DNA of 60,211 bases, the filler included, from Actinomycetota bacterium (lineage in GTDB: Bacteria; Actinomycetota; Acidimicrobiia; IMCC26256; VFJJ01): NCBI GenBank assembly GCA_009886115.1. It is 4 parts of 4 records of this genome, joined end to end, with 100 filler letters (N's around TTAATTAATTAA, not from the genome) between each part and the next. Parts side by side here need not be neighbours in the genome. Positions count along the whole stretch, not along the records: positions 18,735 to 42,892 come from VFJJ01000214.1; 3 more parts are not named here. One strand, 5' to 3'. A program made the position numbers and the translations under genes. Numbering within the stretch: position 1 is the first letter of the stretch; each line of letters begins with the position of its first letter. Below are positions 20,966 through 28,561 of this stretch, in pieces. The notes under the pieces were generated by a model, which made no database searches, was not told the DNA's origin, and worked only from the letters and a program-made list of their open reading frames with translations.

Positions 20966-21313
20966 TTACAGCGCGAGGTGCAGGCGCAGGGCTTCGTCGA
21001 GTGCGGCCATGGTGGCCCCGGGGACGAGGCCGACCAGAGGGCCGATCCGTTCGACGGCGACGGAACGGATCTGCTCGGCCTGGGCTTTTGAGTCGGTCTG
21101 CAGTCCCGTGCCCGAGGCGACCAGCATCACCTGGAACGGGTACACGCGGCTGACGTTCGAGGTGACCGGCACCACGGTCAGAACGCCTCGCCCGAGCCGG
21201 GCGGCCGTGCTGTTGGCGCCGTCGTTGCTGACGATGACGGCCGGGCGTCGCTTGTCGGCCTCGGCACCGCGCACTGGTTCGAGGTCGACCAGGCGGATCT
21301 CACCGCGGCGCAT
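20966..21313 (-). CDS. mazF: MazF/PemK toxin (mycobacterial MazF9-like)
   Basis: RRGEI..DLEP..G.E..KRRPAVIVSND, VVPVTSN, KAQAEQIRSV. Confidence 0.93.
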   Translation of the reverse strand: MRRGEIRLVDLEPVRGAEADKRRPAVIVSNDGANSTAARLGRGVLTVVPVTSNVSRVYPFQVMLVASGTGLQTDSKAQAEQIRSVAVERIGPLVGLVPGATMAALDEALRLHLAL

Positions 21314-21530
21314 CGGTCACCCCGTCCGCTGCGGCCCGGTCCCACGCCCCTGCCGCGTCGGAATCATCCCAGTCCTGCCACGCTTGCTCGTAGGCCGCTC
21401 CCAACTCGGAGGCCCTGAGGAGGCGCACGGCCTTGTGGACGACCGCCGAACGTGAATCGATGCCTTGCGACTTGGCGTAGGCATCGAGGAATACGACGTC
21501 CTCATCGGGAAGGCTGATGCTCACTTTCAT
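21300..21530 (-). CDS. mazE: RHH antitoxin (MazE9-like)
   Basis: MKVSISLPDEDV..SRSAVVHKAV..YEQAWQDW; overlaps toxin start. Confidence 0.88.
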   Translation of the reverse strand: MKVSISLPDEDVVFLDAYAKSQGIDSRSAVVHKAVRLLRASELGAAYEQAWQDWDDSDAAGAWDRAAADGVTDAPR

Positions 21531-21536
21531 ACTTCA

Positions 21537-21553
21537 ATACTACCGCTGGTAGT
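21537..21553 (-). promoter_or_regulatory. mazEF operator palindrome overlapping the -10 box
   Basis: ACTACC-gct-GGTAGT at 21539-21553; minus-strand TAGTAT 6 nt before ATG 21530. Confidence 0.6.
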
Positions 21554-21600
21554 GCGATGGCAGCAGCGACGCTCACGGGTCACGTGCCATAATCTATGGC

Positions 21601-21906
21601 ATGACTCGTGTGCGAATATCCACCACGGTTGATGGTGAGCGGCTCGAGCGGGCCCGCCTCCTCTTGGGGCTGCGCGATTGCGACCTGTTCGACCGCGCGC
21701 TCGACATGGTCGTGCGTGAGGCGATCGTGGCGCAGGAGCTCGTGGCGCTCGAGCGGTTCCCGTACGCGGCTGATCCGGGGCTGGCGATGCCCCCAGCGCC
21801 ATCCGATCCTCATGACGAGTTCTCCTACGACGGCGATGTCCCGCCACCCGTGCAGGCGCTGGCCCGGCAACGGCGAGCGCAACGGAAGGCCGCAACCGGG
21901 AGATGA
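21601..21906 (+). CDS. Antitoxin (MazE5-like)
   Basis: RVRISTTVDGERLERAR..LFDRAL; ATGA overlap with toxin. Confidence 0.75.
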   Translation: MTRVRISTTVDGERLERARLLLGLRDCDLFDRALDMVVREAIVAQELVALERFPYAADPGLAMPPAPSDPHDEFSYDGDVPPPVQALARQRRAQRKAATGR

Positions 21907-22220
21907 TCGAGCTCGGTCACGGTCAGCTGTGGTGGGCCGACCTCGATGGCGCCAAGATCAGACCGGTCCTGGTGCTCACGCGTTCGTGGATAGCGCCGAA
22001 GCTCACCCGGGTGCTCGTCGCTCCGGTCACCACGACGGTTCGAGGCATCCCGTGCGAGGTGTGGATCGGACCGGACACCGGTCTTTCGCGCCCGTCGGTG
22101 GCCAACCTCGACAACACGCAGCTTGTCGAGACCGACCGTCTGCTGAGCCCGATCGGCGCCCTCCCGGCCGATCGATGGGGCGAGGTCTGCGCGGCCATGG
22201 CGCATGTGATCGGCTGCTGA
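21903..22220 (+). CDS. mazF: MazF/PemK toxin
   Basis: RPVLVLTR, VAPVTTTVRGIPCEV, SVANLDN. Confidence 0.9.
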   Translation: MIELGHGQLWWADLDGAKIRPVLVLTRSWIAPKLTRVLVAPVTTTVRGIPCEVWIGPDTGLSRPSVANLDNTQLVETDRLLSPIGALPADRWGEVCAAMAHVIGC

Positions 22221-22235
22221 GCGTCCGATTCCGTC

Positions 22236-24338
22236 TCAGCCGTCGCCGCGCACCACGAGGGAGTCGACGACGACGACGCCGCGGACGCGCACGAGGATGG
22301 GGTTGAGGTCGAGCTCGGCGATGTCGTCACCGGCCGCTACCACCAGGCGCTGGACGGCCATCACAGCGTCGACGAGAGCTTTCACATCGGCTTTGGGGCG
22401 GCCTCGGGCGCCGTTCAGGAGTGGGAAGCCCTTGAGCGATCGCACCATGTCCTCGGCATCGCGACGGTCGAAGGGGATCGGTCGCACGGCGGTGTCCTTG
22501 AGGATCTCGGCGAAGATGCCGCCCAGTCCGACCATGACGGCCGGGCCGAGCGCAGGGTCGCGGGTGACGCCGATGATGCACTCGACGCCGTCGGTCACCA
22601 TCTCCTGCATCAGCACTCCGTCGACGCGGGCGGACGGGTCGACGGCCTCGGCTCGGGCGATGAGGTCGGCGTACGCCGCCCGCACGGCTCCAGCCGAGCC
22701 GATGCCCAGGCGCACGAGGCCGGCGTCGCTCTTGTGGGGGAAGTCGGCCGAGGCGATCTTCATCACGACTGGGAACCCGTACTCCCCAGCAGTCCGGGCC
22801 GCGGCCGCGGCCGAGGTGACGACGGCCTCCCGGGCCAGGGGCACGCCGGCCTCGCTGAGCAGCACCCGTGAAGCGTCGGCTCCGAGCACCTCGCCTGGCG
22901 CGGTCGACGTCAGAGCGCTCCGGGCCGCGGCCGACAGCCGGGAGCGGGTGACCTTCCGAGCCCGGAAGCCCGAGGCCGCGGCTGCCTCGTAGTCGTTGAA
23001 CGCCCGCAAGGCCGAGAAGCAGCCTCGGAAGCTGCGGAACAGGGGGAGCCCCGTCGAGACGATCTCCTCGAACCCGTCGCCGAAGGTCTTGGGCGAGTTC
23101 CAGGTGACGACGATGGGCTTGGGACAGGTGTCGGCCAGTGCCACGAGGTCGTCGGCCATCTTGTCGGTCATACCGCCGATGGCCCCGGTGATCCCGATCA
23201 CGACCACGTCGATGTTGGGATCCTCGGCGACGATGGTGATCGCCTTCTGCCGCACCTCTGGCGGCTGCGACGTGATGAACGTCCCACCGTTGTCGATAGG
23301 GTTGGAAACGGTCAGATAACGGGGTATCAGCTCGTAGAGCCGCTCGATCGTGGCGTCGGTCAGACGGGGGATCGCGACGCCTGCCGCCTCGCAGATCTCG
23401 GCCATGAGCGTTCCCGAGCCGCCGGAGATGCTGTAGAGCGCAGCGCCGGGGCCGGTGCCGGCCGGGAGCTTGGCGAACAGGGCGCTGGTCTCGATGAGCT
23501 CGTCGATGTCGCGCACGCGAGTCACGCCGTACTGCGAGAACAAGCCGTCGACGATCTGATCGGAGCCGGTGAGGTGTCCGGTGTGCGAGCTGGCCATACG
23601 CGATCCGGCTGCGGTGGAGCCCATCTTCAACAACACCACGGGCTTGCGCTGGCTGTTGCAGGCCTCCAGCGAACGACGGAGCTTGTCGGGGTCCTTGAAA
23701 CCCTCGATGTAGCCGGCCACGACGGCGGTCTGGTCGTCGTGGGCGAAGTACTCCATGAAATCGGTGACGTCGTAGTCGACCTCGTTGCCGCACGGGATCT
23801 GACGCGAGAAGCCGATGTTGTAATACGCCCCCTGCACGACCGGGCGACCGTTGTGGCCGCTCTGGGTCACCACGCCGATGCGGCCTCCACGCAGCTTGGT
23901 CACCTCGGGCTCGATCGTCTCGAAGGCGTTGGTGTTGGTGTTCGGTCCGAAGATCCGGATGCCCGTCCTCCGACCGGCATCGGCGACCGCCCGCTCGTGC
24001 GCCGCGCCCTCCGGCCCGATCTCGGCGAAGCCCGAGCTGAACACCAGCGCGTATCGGGCCCCGATCGCGCCCGCCTCGTCGATGATCGAGGCGACGGTCG
24101 ACGGAGGCGTCGAGATCACGACCATGCTCACCGGGTCGGGTATCTCGGCCAGGCTCGTGTGCACCCGAATCCCGTCGACCTCGCCACCCTTGGGGTTCAC
24201 CAGGTACCAGCGGGTGCGGTACCGGCTGGAGTAGGCCGCGTCGAGCTGAGCCCGCGTGGCGGTGCGGTTCACCTGACCCACGATGGCGACGCCATCGGGG
24301 GCGAAGAACTCGACGAGATCCTGACGCGGCTGCGGCAC
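22236..24338 (-). CDS. NDP-forming acyl-CoA ligase family protein (alpha-beta fusion)
   Basis: CoA-binding domain, GPN, SHTG phospho-His, NPID, ATP-grasp HKSDAG, ELDLNP. Confidence 0.9.
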   Translation of the reverse strand: MPQPRQDLVEFFAPDGVAIVGQVNRTATRAQLDAAYSSRYRTRWYLVNPKGGEVDGIRVHTSLAEIPDPVSMVVISTPPSTVASIIDEAGAIGARYALVFSSGFAEIGPEGAAHERAVADAGRRTGIRIFGPNTNTNAFETIEPEVTKLRGGRIGVVTQSGHNGRPVVQGAYYNIGFSRQIPCGNEVDYDVTDFMEYFAHDDQTAVVAGYIEGFKDPDKLRRSLEACNSQRKPVVLLKMGSTAAGSRMASSHTGHLTGSDQIVDGLFSQYGVTRVRDIDELIETSALFAKLPAGTGPGAALYSISGGSGTLMAEICEAAGVAIPRLTDATIERLYELIPRYLTVSNPIDNGGTFITSQPPEVRQKAITIVAEDPNIDVVVIGITGAIGGMTDKMADDLVALADTCPKPIVVTWNSPKTFGDGFEEIVSTGLPLFRSFRGCFSALRAFNDYEAAAASGFRARKVTRSRLSAAARSALTSTAPGEVLGADASRVLLSEAGVPLAREAVVTSAAAAARTAGEYGFPVVMKIASADFPHKSDAGLVRLGIGSAGAVRAAYADLIARAEAVDPSARVDGVLMQEMVTDGVECIIGVTRDPALGPAVMVGLGGIFAEILKDTAVRPIPFDRRDAEDMVRSLKGFPLLNGARGRPKADVKALVDAVMAVQRLVVAAGDDIAELDLNPILVRVRGVVVVDSLVVRGDG

Positions 24339-24549
24339 GGCGCACTCCCCCTCGAAGCTGACGACGGCGTCAGGGAGGCTAGCGAGCAGGTCCGGGGGAG
24401 GGAGACCTCAGCGGGCCGTGGATCGACGTTCGGTCGACACGTACGCAGCGGAGAGATCGTCGCTTCCGAAGGTTTCGCCCGGGCTGGTGCTGTCGATGGT
24501 GGGCACCTGGTGGACAAAGGCTGATGATTGGTGCGGATCGGTCATCGCC

Positions 24550-24622
24550 TGACCTGCGAGCGAACACGGGACGAACACCGAACGAACACGAGGCGAACAC
24601 CGAGCGATCAGCTACTGAACGC
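24550..24622. promoter_or_regulatory. 11-bp-period direct-repeat array (PHO-box-like)
   Basis: CGAACAC at 24561, 24572, 24583, 24594; in-phase degenerate units at 24550, 24605, 24616. Confidence 0.7.
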
Positions 24623-24687
24623 CGGAAGAAGGCACGTCACCCCTCCGTAGAGTGGCGCCCGGAGCGCCATTCGGACAGAGGAGATCC

Positions 24688-26046
24688 ATGAGATCGCGCA
24701 ATGTCGCCTTGTCGGTCATCGTCGGCTGCGGGTGCCTCGCCGCGGCGAGCGTGACGGCGGTCGGGGCCGCCCCCGCGCCGCCGACCCTGGCGCTCGTCGC
24801 CACCTACGACACCGGTCTCGGTGCCGACGGCGCCGAGATCATCAGCGTGCGCAGCTCGGACGGGCTGGCCGTGCTCACGAACATCGCTGGCAACGTCGAC
24901 GTGATCGACCTGTCGAACCCGACGGCTCCTGCTCGGCTGCTGCGGGTGCCGATCGACACGACCAACGGAACCCCGAACTCGGTGGCGATCCACCCCGACG
25001 ACGACTACTTCCTCGTCGTCACGGGCCGAGCTGGCGCGATCGGTTCGGTGTACGCCCATCGGCTGTCGGACGGTGCGCTGCTCGCCCAGGCTCCGCTCGG
25101 CATCCAGCCCGACTCGATCGCCATCTCCCCCGGGGGGCGGTACGCCGTGGTGGCCAACGAGGCCGAAGGCACCGCAGTCGGCGCCAACGGAGGAGCCGGG
25201 TCGCTGACGTTGATCGACCTCGAGGACTTCGAGGTCGACGACGATGCCGACGACGAGGCGGACGACGACGACGAGCTGGTGCTCGAGGTCAAGCCCATCT
25301 CGTTACCCACACTCACCGGCACGGCGGGGTTCAGCACCGGACGGACCGACGACCTCGCCCGGCTGACGATCGACAACTCGCCGGCCACCCTCGAGCCCGA
25401 GTCGGTGGCCTTCGACCGGGACGAGCTCTACGCCTACGTCTCGATGCAGGAGAACAACGCGGTCGCTCGCCTCGATCTCCGCAACGGTCAGCTCCGGTTC
25501 TTCGGGCTCGGCACGACCACCCACCCCGCCGACCAGATCGTCGGCGGCGCCTACCTCCCGACGAGCTTCACGGCCTTGCGCGAGCCCGACGGGATCGGCG
25601 TGCTGGGTTCGGGTCTTTACTTCGTGACGGCTGACGAGGGCGACACCCGCAACAGCGCCGGCGGGTCCGGCGTGCGAGGCGGGCGTACGGTCAGCGTGTT
25701 CGACGCTCGGACCGGTGCGGTGATTGCCGACACCGGCTCGCAGCTCGACGACGCCGCCAACGCTGCCGGCCGATACCCCGACGCGCGCAGCAGCCGGGGC
25801 GGTTCCGAGCCCGAGGTGCTCGACGTCACCCGCTCGCGGGGCCGCGAGCTCATCGCTGTCGGTCTCGAGCGGGCCAACGCCGTGGCGCTCATCGACGTGA
25901 GCAACCCGGCCCTACCCACCGTGCTCGACCTCGAACCGGTCGGATCGAACCCCGAGGGCATCAAGTTCCTCGAGCGCCAGGGCCGCCTCTACGTCGTCTC
26001 GGCCAACGAGGTCTCTGGCACCGTGTCGGTGCTCGCGGTGAGCTGA
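24688..26046 (+). CDS. Secreted beta-propeller protein (choice-of-anchor I / alkaline-phosphatase-associated-like)
   Basis: Signal peptide; AEI, PNSVA, QPDS, ANE, LEPE, QENNA, TADEGD, GSEPE, GLER, PEG, ANEVSG motifs; AGAGGAG RBS. Confidence 0.75.
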   Translation: MRSRNVALSVIVGCGCLAAASVTAVGAAPAPPTLALVATYDTGLGADGAEIISVRSSDGLAVLTNIAGNVDVIDLSNPTAPARLLRVPIDTTNGTPNSVAIHPDDDYFLVVTGRAGAIGSVYAHRLSDGALLAQAPLGIQPDSIAISPGGRYAVVANEAEGTAVGANGGAGSLTLIDLEDFEVDDDADDEADDDDELVLEVKPISLPTLTGTAGFSTGRTDDLARLTIDNSPATLEPESVAFDRDELYAYVSMQENNAVARLDLRNGQLRFFGLGTTTHPADQIVGGAYLPTSFTALREPDGIGVLGSGLYFVTADEGDTRNSAGGSGVRGGRTVSVFDARTGAVIADTGSQLDDAANAAGRYPDARSSRGGSEPEVLDVTRSRGRELIAVGLERANAVALIDVSNPALPTVLDLEPVGSNPEGIKFLERQGRLYVVSANEVSGTVSVLAVS

Positions 26047-26052
26047 GGGCGA

Positions 26053-27345
26053 TCAGCTCTCGGTGCAGGTGTCGGTGACGCACCCTCGGACGGCCGACAC
26101 CGGGGTCCGACCTGTCGCTGACGACCTCGACCGTGTGGTCGAGGTCGTCGCCGACGATCCCGCCGACGCTGTCGGTGTCGACCTCGTCGACGATGGCGAC
26201 GCTCCGTTCGTCGATGCCGGAGTCGACGGGGTGGGCAGCGCCGTTCCCTGGGTGGTGGGGCCGGTGTCGGTCGTGACCGGGATGATGGTCCCGCCGGTCT
26301 GAGCGCCCGTGGTGGGCGCGCCACCCGCTGCCGGCGCGGTCGTCGTGGTGTCGAGCTGGCCCCGTTCGATGCGGATCACGATCTCGACGCGGCGGTTGGC
26401 CCGCCGGTTCTCTTCGCTGTCGTTGGTGACGATGGGATCGTTCTCGCCATAACCCGTGAACGCGAGGCGGTCCGTCGCCACACCGTGGGCGCGTTGGAAG
26501 TACTCGACGGCGGAGTAGGCCCGGTCACCCGAGAGCCGGTAGTTGCTCAGCTCGTCGCCGACGTTGTCGGTGAAACCGTCGATCGTGATCTCGTTGTCGA
26601 CGGCGTTCAGGGCGGGTACGAGAGCGTCGAGGGCCCTCCGACCGTCCGGCGTGAGCTGGGACGAGCCGGTGGCGAAGGTGACGCTGTCGGTCTTGAGGCT
26701 GATGACCAGACCCCGATTGACGTCGTTGGTGACGACGAAGTCGGAAGGGATCTCGAAGCCCTCGCCTTCGAGCACCCCCTCGATCTGCTCCTTCAACGCG
26801 CCGGTCTCGGACGAGTCGAGGTGCCCGCCGTAGCCGGCGAATCCGTCGCCGTCACCGACCTCAGCCGTCCCGGGCGGGTTCACGCCGGCCTGGACGGGAG
26901 CGACGGTCGTGGCCGTGGTGGTGGTGTCGCCGGTGCCGGCGTCGCCGGGAACCGCCCCGGCGCCCGTGTCGACGGTCGTGGTCGTCGCCGGCACCGTCGA
27001 CGTGGTGGTCTCCTCGACGGACGTCGCCTCCTCGACCAGGGACCGGATGTCGGACGAGGCCCCTTCCGACGGCGTCACCGGCGTCGTGAGCGCCTGGCCG
27101 CCGGTCAGCAGCCCCGTGCCGCCCTCGAAGGCCCTATTGCCGAACTCCGAGGCCAGCCCGGCCCGGAACTCGTTGAACTTCTGCTGGTCGGTCTGGCCGA
27201 TGGCGAACAGCACGATGAACAGGGCCAGCAACAGCGTGATCATGTCGGCGTACGTGAGCAGGTAGCGCTCGTGGTTCTCGTGCTCGGGCGGGTCCTCTTC
27301 GAGCGCAGGGTTCCCCCCGCCTCCGCCACCACCGTGTCCCGACAT
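26053..27345 (-). CDS. motB: Stator protein MotB with OmpA-like domain
   Basis: NHERYLLTYADMITLLLALFIVLFA (conserved Asp), GFTDN, LSGDRA, NRRVEI; GAGGAGG RBS. Confidence 0.9.
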   Translation of the reverse strand: MSGHGGGGGGGNPALEEDPPEHENHERYLLTYADMITLLLALFIVLFAIGQTDQQKFNEFRAGLASEFGNRAFEGGTGLLTGGQALTTPVTPSEGASSDIRSLVEEATSVEETTTSTVPATTTTVDTGAGAVPGDAGTGDTTTTATTVAPVQAGVNPPGTAEVGDGDGFAGYGGHLDSSETGALKEQIEGVLEGEGFEIPSDFVVTNDVNRGLVISLKTDSVTFATGSSQLTPDGRRALDALVPALNAVDNEITIDGFTDNVGDELSNYRLSGDRAYSAVEYFQRAHGVATDRLAFTGYGENDPIVTNDSEENRRANRRVEIVIRIERGQLDTTTTAPAAGGAPTTGAQTGGTIIPVTTDTGPTTQGTALPTPSTPASTNGASPSSTRSTPTASAGSSATTSTTRSRSSATGRTPVSAVRGCVTDTCTES

Positions 27346-27553
27346 GAACGTCACCTCCTCTCGCTGTTCGCAGCGTCCGCGGGACCGCGTGCGTGCCCTC
27401 GCGCGTTCGCCGACCCTGAGGCCGGCGAACGATGCATTCCTCGGTTGTTCTGGTCGGTCGATCCGCCCTCGGGATTAGGCCAGGACTCGGCCCGTGTGAG
27501 CCCCGACGGCGGTGCAGGCGATCAGGCGGCCGAGCGACCAGGCGCTCAGGTGA

Positions 27554-28342
27554 TCAGGCGGCTTCACGCTTCTTGATCGGGAGGTTCTCGCGCTCGCCCG
27601 GCGGCACGTAGGCCACGAGGAGCTCCAAGAGGGTGCGGGGGCTCTTGCCGGCGCCGATCCCGCACACGCCCTCGATGATGAGCATGTTGTACTCCCACTC
27701 GGCGTCCATGATCGCGGTGATCTTGGCGGCGAACGGGAGGAACAAGGCGTTGGCGAAGAACACCCCGAAGAACGTGGCGATGAACGCCGCGGCGATCAGG
27801 TGGCCGAGCTCGGCGATGTCGCCACCGAGCTGCGCGAGCACGTTGATCAGACCGAGCACGGTGCCGAGCACGCCCAGGGTCGGGGCGTAGCCGCCCAGCT
27901 TGTTGAAGAAGTCGGCCCGCTTCTTCCAGACGTTCTTGTGGGCCTTGGCCTCCATGAGCATCACGAGCTTGGCCTCTTCGAGCGGCGTACCGTCGACGAC
28001 GAGCTGCAGGCCCCGCTGGAGCATCTCGTTGTCCTCGGTCTTGAGCTTCGTCTCGAGGGCCAGCGCGCCGTCCTTGCGGGCCATCTCGGCGTACTCGCCG
28101 ATCTTGCCGATCGCCTCACCGGCGTCGTACTCCACGTTGCCGAAGAGCTTGCCGATGGTCTTCAGCGCGTCGAGCGCGATATCGAGCGACGTGCCGGCCG
28201 TGGCCGTCCCGAAGCTCCCCACGATGATCAGGAGGAGGGCTGGCGGCGCGATCAGCGCAGCCGGATCACCACCCTCCAAGATCATGCAGCCGAAGACCCC
28301 TGCAAACGCGAGGAGAACTCCGATCATCGTTCCCTTGCCCAC
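27554..28342 (-). CDS. motA: Stator protein MotA
   Basis: LEGG, ARKDGALALE, GLQLVVDG, GGYAPTLGVLGTVLGLI, AFIATFFG..ANALFLP. Confidence 0.93.
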   Translation of the reverse strand: MGKGTMIGVLLAFAGVFGCMILEGGDPAALIAPPALLLIIVGSFGTATAGTSLDIALDALKTIGKLFGNVEYDAGEAIGKIGEYAEMARKDGALALETKLKTEDNEMLQRGLQLVVDGTPLEEAKLVMLMEAKAHKNVWKKRADFFNKLGGYAPTLGVLGTVLGLINVLAQLGGDIAELGHLIAAAFIATFFGVFFANALFLPFAAKITAIMDAEWEYNMLIIEGVCGIGAGKSPRTLLELLVAYVPPGERENLPIKKREAA

Positions 28343-28383
28343 TGCGCACCTCCATGTGCCGTACTACAGGCTGTGTGGAGGTC

Positions 28384-28410
28384 GTATCGGCCGGTCGGCG
28401 ACCACGTTGA
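28384..28410 (-). promoter_or_regulatory. Sigma28 (FliA/WhiG)-type promoter of motA
   Basis: Minus strand TCAA-N15-GCCGATAC. Confidence 0.7.
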
Positions 28411-28494
28411 GTGATTGGCTCGCACTTCGTGGCCAAACCGCCCGCAATCTGTCGCCCACCTCGGCGGCATTTGGTGCATCGGCCCCGAACGCGC

Positions 28495-28521
28495 CCGGGG
28501 CACCCGCACTGGGTGCCCCGG
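28495..28521 (-). terminator. GC-rich hairpin downstream of hppA
   Basis: CCGGGGCACCC-gcact-GGGTGCCCCGG, perfect 11-bp stem. Confidence 0.55.
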
Positions 28522-28561
28522 AGAGTGAAACGACTGTTGTGCGGGGCAGCGCCCCGAACGG

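Noticed and set aside
24550..24622. Repeat array as a CRISPR or iteron origin
   Set aside because: 7-bp units with 4-bp gaps, no spacers, no cas or rep gene; fits a transcription-factor array.
26053..28342. motAB as a Zorya (ZorAB) defence system
   Set aside because: MotA is canonical length without the long ZorA tail, no zorC/D/E is adjacent, and a sigma28-type promoter is present.
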